Shown one piece after another: positions 7,357 to 16,141 of a stretch of 64,000 nt of DNA (position 1 is the stretch's first letter; every line of letters starts with the position of its first letter). The position numbers and the translations under genes were made by a program. Origin of the DNA: a virus; the IMG/VR virus record IMGVR_UViG_3300013947_000004. One strand, written 5' to 3'. A model generated the notes under the pieces. That model worked only from the letters and a program-made list of their open reading frames with translations, was not told the DNA's origin and ran no database searches.

Positions 7357-8625
7357 ATGGCTAGAGAATACAAGCCTTACATTTTACCAACTGAATTGCA
7401 GTTAAAAGATTACCAAAAAGATGGAGTTAAATTCTTACAATCCCATTGGGAAGCTATCTTAGCGGATGAGATGGGGCTGGGAAAGACAGTCACTATGTTA
7501 ATGTCTATTAAGGATTGGATAGACAAACAGAATATGGAGGAGCAGTGCAAACAAAAACGCTGTTTAATCATTACCCCAGCTTCCCTACAATGGACGTGGG
7601 TTAGAGAAATTCAAAGATGGTTTGGGGAGGAAAATTTCTATGACCTTTTCCCTCGTTGTGGTGATAGCTGTATCCAGCTTGATACTTATGAAAATTTAGA
7701 TAAATGGATTCTCCACGAAAAAGGGAGAAGGGCACTTGTCGATATTTGGAATATCGACATGGTGCTATTTGATGAAGCCCATTACCTAAAAAATCCTAGC
7801 TCTAAGCGTCATTTTTACGCTAAAGAAGTTTCTAAGAGGTGTACCTATATTTATCTACTTACCGGAACCCCCATGTCCTCTGGGCCTAAAGATTTAGCCG
7901 CATTATTAGATGTTATGTGGCAGTTAGATACTTTTGGGGGATACAAAACATTTTACCGGAAGTATTGTGACCCCTCTTGGAATGGTTTTGGATATGATTA
8001 TTCTGGCGCATCCAATCAAGAAGAACTACATGAAAAATTAAAGCCTTACCTGTTAAGAAGAACAAAACAGAGCGTTGGGCTTAAGTTGCCACCTAAGACA
8101 GTCAAGAATATTTGTGTTGGGAGTATGGAACAGGAATATGCCTCCACGTTCGAAGAAATGGAAGATTATAGCCGCATGGTGAATAAAGAGAAATTCCCGT
8201 TGGCTGTAAATTTTATAGATAATTTACTAACCAACGGGAAACGACCTGTTATATTCGTTCATCACAAATCATTATTGAAAAAGTTTGTTAACAAGTATAA
8301 GGATAAGTGTGTAGCTATCTACGGGGGGCAGAGTAAAGACGAAAGACAGAAATCAGTAGACAGATTCCAAGCGGGAGAAATCCCTATTATTATATGCTCC
8401 CTTATGGCATCAGCTGTAGGACTTACTCTTACAAGTAGTGATACTGCTGTATTCCTTGAATATCTTTGGTCGCCAGATATTTCAAAACAGGCAGAAGATA
8501 GAATACACCGACTTTCACAAACAAAGCCTTGTACTATTTATAACCTGTATATGAATTACTCAATCGAGCAACAAAAATTGCTAACAATTTATGCTAAACA
8601 ATTAAGAACGGAGGGAATTTTATGA
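7357..8625 (+). CDS. SNF2/RAD54-family helicase.
   Basis: Motifs LKDYQKDGV, ADEMGLGKT, FDEAHYLKN, LLTGTP, and a C-terminal helicase motif QAEDRIHRLSQ. Confidence 0.85.
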   Translation: MAREYKPYILPTELQLKDYQKDGVKFLQSHWEAILADEMGLGKTVTMLMSIKDWIDKQNMEEQCKQKRCLIITPASLQWTWVREIQRWFGEENFYDLFPRCGDSCIQLDTYENLDKWILHEKGRRALVDIWNIDMVLFDEAHYLKNPSSKRHFYAKEVSKRCTYIYLLTGTPMSSGPKDLAALLDVMWQLDTFGGYKTFYRKYCDPSWNGFGYDYSGASNQEELHEKLKPYLLRRTKQSVGLKLPPKTVKNICVGSMEQEYASTFEEMEDYSRMVNKEKFPLAVNFIDNLLTNGKRPVIFVHHKSLLKKFVNKYKDKCVAIYGGQSKDERQKSVDRFQAGEIPIIICSLMASAVGLTLTSSDTAVFLEYLWSPDISKQAEDRIHRLSQTKPCTIYNLYMNYSIEQQKLLTIYAKQLRTEGIL

Positions 8626-8840
8626 GTATGACCGCAGTATATATTATTTATTTTATTACAGCTCTTATCTACCTATTTCCTTTATGGTATGCTTTTAGAT
8701 TTGCTAAACGTAAATTCAAAGAAAAGAAATATGTAAAATCTGTATTATCTGTATTAGGTGGAATTATAGTTACAGCAATTTTAAAAGGTATCTTAAACGC
8801 AATAGTTAAAGCTTTTATTATGTCACAGGGAATCCATTAA
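8622..8840 (+). CDS. Small membrane protein.
   Basis: Two hydrophobic segments; 4-nt overlap with the SNF2 gene. Confidence 0.5.
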   Translation: MSMTAVYIIYFITALIYLFPLWYAFRFAKRKFKEKKYVKSVLSVLGGIIVTAILKGILNAIVKAFIMSQGIH

Positions 8841-8856
8841 GAAATAGGAGAGTCTC

Positions 8857-9135
8857 ATGAAGAAATTAATTATCTTAATATACTTATTATTCACCCCTGT
8901 TTTACTTGTCTCCGTTGCCAATCCAGTTACCATTTATGCAAGCCAAGAAAGCTACGACGCAGGTTATCAAAGAGGTTATTTTTGTGGTAAAAATAATAGA
9001 ATGATACCAGATAATTTATACGAAATGGATAGTGATTACCAACTAGGGTTCGATAAAGGATTAAGCGATGGGAAAGATGAATTAGCCTACGAGATAAATA
9101 ACCATCAGAGCAATTCTGTAGTGGTTTGGGGTTAA
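8857..9135 (+). CDS. Secreted or membrane-anchored small protein.
   Basis: N-terminal signal-like LIILIYLLFTPVLLVSVA; last gene of the plus-strand island. Confidence 0.5.
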   Translation: MKKLIILIYLLFTPVLLVSVANPVTIYASQESYDAGYQRGYFCGKNNRMIPDNLYEMDSDYQLGFDKGLSDGKDELAYEINNHQSNSVVVWG

Positions 9136-9176
9136 AAAAAAATAGCCGGGGATTATTCCCCGGCTTCTTTATTTGT
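9134..9176. terminator. Bidirectional intrinsic terminator between convergent operons.
   Basis: A-run, then AGCCGGGGA-TTAT-TCCCCGGCT, then a T-rich tail. Confidence 0.7.
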
Positions 9177-9611
9177 TTCCTCTTTTTCAAATCGGGATAA
9201 TGCATCACGACTGAACCGAGATTCGATAGACACATATTTTGCCGTCTGTGTTTGATTTTTGTTAATCGGATTTAATCCAGCCCTATCAAGCATATCTTTT
9301 GTAGCTTGGAATCGGACTGATTCTGATTCGGCGTTTCTTGCCAAGTCTAGCATGTTCTCTTTCATTTCCTGTGCTTCGTTCAAGAAGCTTTTCATCATTG
9401 CTTTCTGTCTATCTTCTATCGCCGTCTGGATTACTTTAAACTCCCCAACTTTACTCGACGGGGCGTATCCTGCCACTTCCAGAGCTTTGGATTTAGAGCC
9501 GTGTTTCATATATTCTGTAACAAATTTATTCTGTTGCTCGGTAAGATTGCGTTTCTTCTTTTTTCTTCCGGGCTTTTTAAAAAAATCATGCTGTACACCT
9601 TTATTACCCAA
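9153..9611 (-). CDS. terS: Terminase small subunit.
   Basis: LTEQQNKFVTEYMKHGSKSKALEVAGYA is the typical Terminase_2 HTH N-terminus. Preceded by a sigma-like activator gene. Confidence 0.7.
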   Translation of the reverse strand: MGNKGVQHDFFKKPGRKKKKRNLTEQQNKFVTEYMKHGSKSKALEVAGYAPSSKVGEFKVIQTAIEDRQKAMMKSFLNEAQEMKENMLDLARNAESESVRFQATKDMLDRAGLNPINKNQTQTAKYVSIESRFSRDALSRFEKEETNKEAGE

Positions 9612-9632
9612 AGTATCACCTCCTAGGAATTT

Positions 9633-9664
9633 AGCCCCCGTTTGGGGGCTATTTTTTTTTGTTT
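9633..9664 (+). terminator. Plus-strand intrinsic terminator lying inside the minus-strand operon.
   Basis: AGCCCCC-GTTT-GGGGGCT followed by A plus T9. The T-run is only on the plus strand. Confidence 0.55.
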
Positions 9665-9849
9665 AAATTAGACAAATACGTTGCTGGCATTACTCCAAAC
9701 CGATAGGGATGTAAAGGGCATCTTCGTATTGGGCAAATATCAACACATTTACTTGTCCCGTCACCACATTGGATACAAAATTTTCGAATTGCTTTTAGTG
9801 CTGATTGTGTTTTTGGCATATCGAAAGGAGTTGTTGGCTTCTTTTTCAT
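9649..9849 (-). CDS. Small Cys-rich (zinc-ribbon-like) protein.
   Basis: CIQCGDGTSKCVDICPIRRCPLHPYRFG. Confidence 0.5.
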   Translation of the reverse strand: MKKKPTTPFDMPKTQSALKAIRKFCIQCGDGTSKCVDICPIRRCPLHPYRFGVMPATYLSNLNKKK

Positions 9850-9851
9850 TT

Positions 9852-10301
9852 TTATCTCCTTTCTAAATACTCTTTCAGATTTCCGAACTGAGCGTAGTAC
9901 AAAGGGAGGGCTTGTCCAATTTTTTTATTAATTGTTTTCAGCTTCCCAAAGATAGAGCCTATACAAACGCCTCTTTCTTCTGCAATTTGCCTTTTAGGTT
10001 TCCCATAAATCACCGACTGACAAAATATATCCCAATCGTTTGCTCCTAGGATTAATTGCAACCAAGTGAGGAAATGGAATATTTTTTCTTTTTCCTCCCA
10101 GCTGATAATTATATCCTCTGGTGATTTACTCAATTTTACGTACCCATATTTACAGTCTGTAACTTTCTTTTTCTTTTTGTACTCGACTATATCTTTTGTT
10201 AATTCCTCTTTGCGGGTTATTCTTTCGATATTATCGCAAACGGATTCATCGTCAATCTCTCCATTTTCATATCTCCAGATTAATTCATCTAAGTAGTTCA
10301 T
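9852..10301 (-). CDS. Sigma-70 region-4-like / RinA-ArpU-type late transcription activator.
   Basis: Start refined to the ATGA overlap at 10301. C-terminal HTH KPKRQIAEERGVCIGSIFGKLKTINKKI. Sits immediately upstream of terS. Confidence 0.5.
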   Translation of the reverse strand: MNYLDELIWRYENGEIDDESVCDNIERITRKEELTKDIVEYKKKKKVTDCKYGYVKLSKSPEDIIISWEEKEKIFHFLTWLQLILGANDWDIFCQSVIYGKPKRQIAEERGVCIGSIFGKLKTINKKIGQALPLYYAQFGNLKEYLERR

Positions 10302-10558
10302 AACAGGTGGTGCCTCCTGTCTATCTCTAACCCACGGGGGCAAAAACGTCCATAGAATTTGTATTGGTACAACTCCCCGCAAGGGAGCTTTTTCGTCCCG
10401 TATCTACTTGGTTTCGCTTCTTCCGTTCCTTTGTAGCGTACCTCATTAGACAAACCTTCTAAATATTCCAACACTTTTTCTTTGCTATCGGATAAAATTC
10501 CAAACTTCCAAAAAGCTCCAAATTGTTTTACGTAAAAAACAAACATTTCCATAAACAT
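10298..10558 (-). CDS. Hypothetical protein.
   Basis: ORF track; operon packing. Confidence 0.45.
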   Translation of the reverse strand: MFMEMFVFYVKQFGAFWKFGILSDSKEKVLEYLEGLSNEVRYKGTEEAKPSRYGTKKLPCGELYQYKFYGRFCPRGLEIDRRHHLL

Positions 10559-10572
10559 ATACCTTCTTTCAT

Positions 10573-10884
10573 CTACTCAACCTCCATTTCTAAATACCTA
10601 ACTCCAAATTCTATTGCTGAGTTATAATCATTGAAAACAATGTCCACATGGTTATAGCTTCCATCTCCTATCCTATCTCCTACTACATACCTCTGCCCGT
10701 CTATATACACTACGGTTCCTAGAGGAAGGAAGTCACAAGCAACATAACCTTCTTGTACCCACATCCCGTTTGCCATTACCCCTCCACTCTCGTATGGAGT
10801 GTATGCCGTACACATTACGGTCATAGCGTTTGCAGGTAAGACAAAGGAGATTAGTAGGAGGAGGATTGCCAATAACTTCGGCAT
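10573..10884 (-). CDS. Secreted 3D-domain (MltA/RlpA-like) cell-wall protein.
   Basis: Signal peptide, then CTAYTPYESGG ... VVGDRIGDGSYNHVDIVF. Confidence 0.6.
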   Translation of the reverse strand: MPKLLAILLLLISFVLPANAMTVMCTAYTPYESGGVMANGMWVQEGYVACDFLPLGTVVYIDGQRYVVGDRIGDGSYNHVDIVFNDYNSAIEFGVRYLEMEVE

Positions 10885-10916
10885 CCAACCCCTCCAATCT
10901 ACTTCTTAAACAAAAT

Positions 10917-13134
10917 TTACGGTTTCTGATAAAATCTTAATCCAGCTTCTTTTTGACGGTCTTTCGAGTACGAACTGATTCGTTTTAAATATCCAATAAC
11001 CCGTGTTGCATAATCAACATTTTTAGACCCACACTTTGTACAATGGTCTTCCGTGTTGACATTAATGTACCCACAATCGTTACAAACAGTCATTAAGCAG
11101 TTAAATGTCCAATAATTACAACCCAATTTACCAGTGATACACATTAAACTGTAAGCCTGTTCCTTAGTAAGCAACTGAGCAATATTTAAATGACAAGCCG
11201 ACCCGCCATCTAAGTATTTAACCGTATTTTCACCATGCAATGCAACTTTATCAAGCAACGTCAAATCTTGATTTTCTACAGGATAGAAATATGAGTTGTA
11301 ACAGTCTCTTGGTACATCTAATCCATCATGTTTATCCCATTGTGCATTTTTAACTCCTAATCCCTCAGCCATTCTGTTACTTTTATGACCTATGAAACTT
11401 ACCCTACCAACTCTAACTCTTTATTTCTTCTCGCCTCAAGAGCTTCCTCTGCCGTTTTCGCATTTTCCTCAGCCTCACCACAAAAACAACATTTCTTCAT
11501 ATATTCCTCCCCCCGGAGGATAAGTTTCATAGGCGGCCACGGTTCTTCCTAAAGTGTCTTTACACTTGACCATGGCTCCAGAGTTTCATTTTGTTATATC
11601 TCTGGTTCAGACTATCGCATAACCTCACTAGGAGGCCCCCCTTTATTTAGTCGTTCACGCTACCATTACGCTTGCGCCTTGTTATCCACTTCTGGAACTT
11701 CAAGTCAATTAAAAGGAGTTTTTTATGATGGGTTATGTATTATCCCACCAAGTCCCCACTCATTTTAGGGACAAATTCTGTATTAAACATGCACCCATAC
11801 GTTTCTGATGCTTTTTTATTGCAACCATGGATTACTTTTAAACACTTCGCTACTTCTCCCTGATATTTTTTTATATCGTCCTGAGGGTTGTATCCTTTAT
11901 ATTCCATTGCTTCCAACATACCATTGATACCGATAGTGCAGAATTGATGGTCGAAATTTACAAACCCTGCTGTATATGCAGGAAGCATACCTTGGGAAAT
12001 ATACCATTTAATAACTTCCCTGTGGGCGTATAAATACTTCTGAACTCTCCGAACAAGCTCTTCGAAATCTTCCCCATGAGTTTCATAGTTTTGTACATAT
12101 CTGTTCATATTGATTGTAATAACTCGGCATGAGCCTGTACTTACTCCGCCTGCCCCTAATGTATAGGAAAATGTATTATCCGCTAATTCGTTACGTAATC
12201 GGCAACACGACGCAAGGCTATCTGCACTACTTGATTCATACAAGAAGAAAGACAAACCTTTAGCCATATCTTCTGCACGCTTGTAAGCAAAATCTTTATC
12301 GGCAGGAGTTTTATTCTCATCAAGAAGCATAGCCGCCGTTAACACTGGGTATGTAAGAAGTTCTTTTTCTCTTTCTTTTCGGAACCAGTCCATAAAGAAA
12401 TCTTGCAAATTACTCAAGGATTCCCAATCTGGTTCTGACCCGTCTGGGAAACGGAAACCTCTAAAAACGGAAGCGAAATAGTATTTATCGAATACAGAAA
12501 TATTCCAAAACACACTTTGATTTCCCCGTGCCGCCGCTGGTTGGTTCAAAGCGTACACAACACCTTGCAACTCTTGGGCAATTTTCTTTGAATGCCGTTT
12601 CAAATAATAATTACCGTATTGCTTACGGGCGAAATAGTCGAAATACATTAAGAACTCTACGGTGGCTGTCGCTCCTGCCCAGTTCGTAGCAAGCTGATAT
12701 ACCAAGTTAACAAACGAGCCACAAAAGCTCTGCAAGTTCTTTGGAGCTTTGGAAGTACCTCCCAAACATTTCGTTCCTTCGAGTAGAAAGGGATACATCG
12801 TCACACTCGCACAATATGGGAGAAACGCCGCCAAGGTTTCATCATGTACGTAAATAAGGTGTTCCTCAATATCTTTCAAATATCTATTAGCTAGTTTTTC
12901 GCCGAATAGTTCTTTAATCTCATCGTAGATAATCTTACGGCTAACTTGAATGTTTTCAAACTTCCACATTTCTTCTCTTAATGTTCCCATATTCTTTTCA
13001 GAAACATTAGAATTGGAGTCTACAAGGGAAGCCGTGGCGTTATTTTGTTCTCCTACATAATACTTAATGTAATCTACTTTCTTCCCAATTTGTTCTGGTG
13101 TAAGCCAGTTGAAGTACTCTTTTTTGTTACTCAT
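10917..13134 (-). CDS. nrdD: Anaerobic ribonucleoside-triphosphate reductase; join(11767..13134, 10917..11369) after intron removal.
   Basis: Exon 1 ends ...FNTEFVP and exon 2 starts AEGLGVKNAQWDK. C-terminal Zn ribbon CNDCG..CTKCG and glycyl-radical motif RVIGYL. Confidence 0.85.
11370..11766 (-). mobile_element. Group I intron in nrdD (397 nt, no homing-endonuclease ORF).
   Basis: P1: exon GTCCCU pairs with GGGGAC (11757-11752), with U.G at the splice site. Last nucleotide is G (11370). Core-like GAACGACUAAAU (11656-11645) and GCGAUAGUC (11618-11610). Exons join in frame. Confidence 0.8.
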
Positions 13135-13406
13135 AATGTCAATGTCACGCCCTTTTCTACAAATTTCTTTAAACTTTCGGGGGGGATAATACCCTCTATT
13201 CTATCAAGCTCTTCCCCATTTTTCTCGAATACAATTACTGTCGGATAAATGGTTAAGTTATATTCTTTTTCTTGTTCTGGATAATTTACCTTGAGATTAT
13301 TAAATCTTGCCTTCCCTTTGTATTCTTCTGCAATCTCTTTAAAGGTGTTTTCTATATGTTTACAATGGAAACAACCATCTATGTAGAACTTAGTTATAGT
13401 GTTCAT
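13131..13406 (-). CDS. Thioredoxin/glutaredoxin-like (NrdH-like) protein.
   Basis: CFHC redox motif near the N-terminus; 91 aa; lies between nrdD and nrdG. Confidence 0.6.
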   Translation of the reverse strand: MNTITKFYIDGCFHCKHIENTFKEIAEEYKGKARFNNLKVNYPEQEKEYNLTIYPTVIVFEKNGEELDRIEGIIPPESLKKFVEKGVTLTL

Positions 13407-13965
13407 TTTTCTTTCCTTTCTGGAAATACTTTTCCGTCATATCCCGAAACGTAAATCTTTCCACGCAAATAAGTTCCCCATCCCCAATTGAGAGATAATT
13501 CTTCTTTTCGTAAAACTTTTGGTTTGTGTTCGGGTCATCTAGTCCTCCTCTCCCATAAAGATATCTCCCCGTTTTTATCCATTTGAGCATACAATCACAC
13601 CCTTTATTGAAAATGGGATAGATATCCTCTAAAAAGGAGCCTGTGCCATCGTAAAGCCCGACGTCGTACCCCTTGTCATAAAATGTCTTAACCAAACGCC
13701 GTAATGCGATAATACTAACCCCACTATTTTGGAGTCCACCGAGGAACACTATTGCATTAGCCCCTTTTTCCATTTGTTCTTCTGCATAATCTATAATGTC
13801 GCTTTCTTTCATATTTGGCATAGTATAAGTTTCTTCGCTATCCCATAACTCTGTACTGTGGCATCCTATACATCCACATTGACAATTACCAAATTCAAAA
13901 AATACAGAAATACGATTTGGAATTTCTGTTAAAGTAACACCTTTATGAACTACCGGCAAAAACAT
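13390..13965 (-). CDS. nrdG: Anaerobic RNR activating radical-SAM protein.
   Basis: Cys cluster FGNCQCGCIGCHS; adjacent to nrdD. Confidence 0.7.
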   Translation of the reverse strand: MFLPVVHKGVTLTEIPNRISVFFEFGNCQCGCIGCHSTELWDSEETYTMPNMKESDIIDYAEEQMEKGANAIVFLGGLQNSGVSIIALRRLVKTFYDKGYDVGLYDGTGSFLEDIYPIFNKGCDCMLKWIKTGRYLYGRGGLDDPNTNQKFYEKKNYLSIGDGELICVERFTFRDMTEKYFQKGKKNEHYN

Positions 13966-14058
13966 ATCTTTTCACTCCTTATCACCAAGGGAAGCTTAGT
14001 AAAAGTCCAATCGCACTAAATAGAATTATAATTACACTTTCAGTGTACTCTTTCATAA

Positions 14059-14388
14059 TCATTCCTCCCGTGGGTCAATTACTCCTACTACTCTATATTC
14101 TTCCAACCAATCACGATAACGTTCCGCTTTATCTAAATCCTCTTTTGCGGAACCTTTCTTCCCCGCCCTCATACAATATTTAATAATATTTCCCATAAGG
14201 AAACCTTCGAACTGCTCTTTTGTAAACAATTTTTGCATTACTTCGATAGGCTCTACAATACACTGTGAGTAATGCTCGTCATACCATTCCCGCTTGGGAC
14301 AATCCTGACCTAAATCATCTCTATTTGTTACTTCCGTAGAAACCTCTACAAAACCTTTGTTTACCTTTCCAGAGTTACTCTTTGACAT
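14059..14388 (-). CDS. DUF3310-family protein.
   Basis: GNIIKYCMRAGKKGSAKEDLDKAERY matches the family signature as I remember it. Confidence 0.55.
   Translation of the reverse strand: MSKSNSGKVNKGFVEVSTEVTNRDDLGQDCPKREWYDEHYSQCIVEPIEVMQKLFTKEQFEGFLMGNIIKYCMRAGKKGSAKEDLDKAERYRDWLEEYRVVGVIDPREE
14155..14196. repeat. 42-bp direct repeat, copy 1 (inside the DUF3310 gene).
   Basis: TTTCTTCCC(C/A)GCCCTCATACAATATTTAATAATATTTCCCAT; one mismatch to the copy at 14408-14449. Confidence 0.85.
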
Positions 14389-14407
14389 GACTCTTGCCCT
14401 CCTCCTG

Positions 14408-14449
14408 TTTCTTCCCAGCCCTCATACAATATTTAATAATATTTCCCAT
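14408..14449. repeat. 42-bp direct repeat, copy 2 (gene-fragment relic upstream of the DUF3310 gene).
   Basis: Same sequence. In another frame it would encode MGNIIKYCMRAGKK. Confidence 0.85.
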
Positions 14450-14903
14450 CGAGAGATTTTCCTAGTACTTCGCATATATACGAACTGTCGTTATGATTAA
14501 TGTCTATATAATCTGCTAGTGTATACTCATAATATAAGTCGTAAACCTTATTTATTAAAGGATATACGTCTTTATGCACGGACACAATAGCTCCAATTAT
14601 AGCTCTTCTAATACGTCTTTTCAGTTTCTTGAGAGCGACCTTCACCCCTATATTCGCATTAAATGTGTCGTTCGGGTGGCATTTTGCAGTAGCCACAAAA
14701 AGAGTTTCGTTACGACGTAAGAAATAAGGATGGAGAATAAGATTTCTTAAAAAACGTTTAACTCCCAACTGGTCACAAATGCTATTAAAAATACGTTCGC
14801 TTGAGTAATCCGAGACTTTTAAAGTGACAGTTCTGTTTTCTTCGTTCACATACGCTCTAATTCCATTCGCATATAGTTTGTCATCGAGTTTCTTATCTAT
14901 CAT
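14433..14903 (-). CDS. Hypothetical protein.
   Basis: ORF track; operon packing. Confidence 0.55.
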   Translation of the reverse strand: MIDKKLDDKLYANGIRAYVNEENRTVTLKVSDYSSERIFNSICDQLGVKRFLRNLILHPYFLRRNETLFVATAKCHPNDTFNANIGVKVALKKLKRRIRRAIIGAIVSVHKDVYPLINKVYDLYYEYTLADYIDINHNDSSYICEVLGKSLDGKYY

Positions 14904-14905
14904 TT

Positions 14906-15595
14906 TTAGGCTCCTTCCTTATTTCCAAGTTCCCCCGTAATCCACCCACTATTTGGTAAATATTCTATCCAGTCACAAAATTCCTGCCAATCTGGTAATC
15001 GGTGGGTACGGCGTTGGTTGTAAATTGTTTTTAACTGCATATAGTTAGTAGTCATACGAGCTGATAACAACAGTCCAGTCGGCATACTATACACCATTTT
15101 TAACCAGTTATCTCTCGTCTTGTCATTCTGGTATTCTTTCATTTTTTGTCTAAACACCTTGATTGATTCTCTATCTGTGTATTCAATAAAACAAATATCA
15201 GAGTTGGTTTCTGCTAACTTTAAAGAAGACATAGAAGATACAAAGTTTAAAAATCCATATCTTTCAGCTTCTGTCCAGCATTTTAGTGATAAAGTCAAAT
15301 CAAAAGAAACTAGGACACCTTTCAAGAAGCAGTCATGCCCACTGCCTGCCGGGGCTTGAGATAACTTCCATGCCCGATTAATATCTTTTAATTTAACCTT
15401 AGCGTCTTTTAAGCTGTCATCCATAGGCGTGTACAATTTTAGCATTGGGTATCCAGACGCTATAACAGAATTGCTCATCTCATTTACCCAATCATTAGTG
15501 ACTACTCGGTATGTCATTTCTCTATATGTATCTCTAAGACCAGTGTTTTTAACTTCAATCCCATTCATTTTCATTTTCCTCCTCTTCCAATTCAT
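14906..15595 (-). CDS. Divergent ThyX-like (flavin-dependent thymidylate synthase-like) protein.
   Basis: GSGHDCFLKGVLVSFDLTLSLKCW..AERY and C-terminal YNQRRTHRLPDWQEF resemble the ThyX core, but no canonical RHR...S motif is present. Confidence 0.35.
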   Translation of the reverse strand: MNWKRRKMKMNGIEVKNTGLRDTYREMTYRVVTNDWVNEMSNSVIASGYPMLKLYTPMDDSLKDAKVKLKDINRAWKLSQAPAGSGHDCFLKGVLVSFDLTLSLKCWTEAERYGFLNFVSSMSSLKLAETNSDICFIEYTDRESIKVFRQKMKEYQNDKTRDNWLKMVYSMPTGLLLSARMTTNYMQLKTIYNQRRTHRLPDWQEFCDWIEYLPNSGWITGELGNKEGA

Positions 15596-15749
15596 TTACT
15601 AACCACGGAATAGGTACTCCTTCTTTATCTTCCCTCACATCACAATATTTCCTTATTGCACAAGATTGACAAGATTCTTGAGAATCTTGAGAATAGCAAT
15701 ATTGAGCGATTGTTTTTATTGCCTTCAAAGCTTCTTTGTCTGTAATCAT
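15555..15749 (-). CDS. Small Cys-rich protein (TDKEA..QYC family, 1 of 3).
   Basis: MITDKEALKAIKTIAQYCYSQDSQESCQSCAIRKYCD. Confidence 0.55.
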   Translation of the reverse strand: MITDKEALKAIKTIAQYCYSQDSQESCQSCAIRKYCDVREDKEGVPIPWLVNELEEEENENEWD

Positions 15750-15821
15750 TAGTCATTCTCCAATTCTTCATTCTAAATTTTTTTTAATTCGTGTATTTAC
15801 GGCATATAACATCTATTTGTT

Positions 15822-16028
15822 TTATCTATCATCGTTTTTCTCCTTAAAACCTTGAAAATCTTTTAAAAATCCTTGCCCAATGTCATAGTAAACCTTATCT
15901 ACTATCTGTCCACAAAAAGTCCCTAATGTGCATTCACTGCATCTCATATTGCTCCCTTTTATATTTCCTTCACGACAATATTGGATGATTGTATCTACGG
16001 CGTTCTTAGCTTCTTTATCTGTAATCAT
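15822..16028 (-). CDS. Small Cys-rich protein (TDKEA..QYC family, 2 of 3).
   Basis: Start refined to the ATG at 16028 (RBS GAAGGGG). MITDKEAKNAVDTIIQYC...CSECTLGTFC. Confidence 0.5.
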   Translation of the reverse strand: MITDKEAKNAVDTIIQYCREGNIKGSNMRCSECTLGTFCGQIVDKVYYDIGQGFLKDFQGFKEKNDDR

Positions 16029-16141
16029 ATTTAGCCCCTTCATTTTTGAACATCTACAAAACCTTTTTAGTTGCATTGTTCATCCTTTCTCAAAAACTCT
16101 GTTACCCTTCTAATTACAAAATCCGCACACGGTTATCATTT

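Noticed and set aside
10302-10382. N-terminal extension of the sigma-like ORF.
   Set aside because: The ATGA start/stop coupling with the upstream gene at 10298-10301 gives the natural start.
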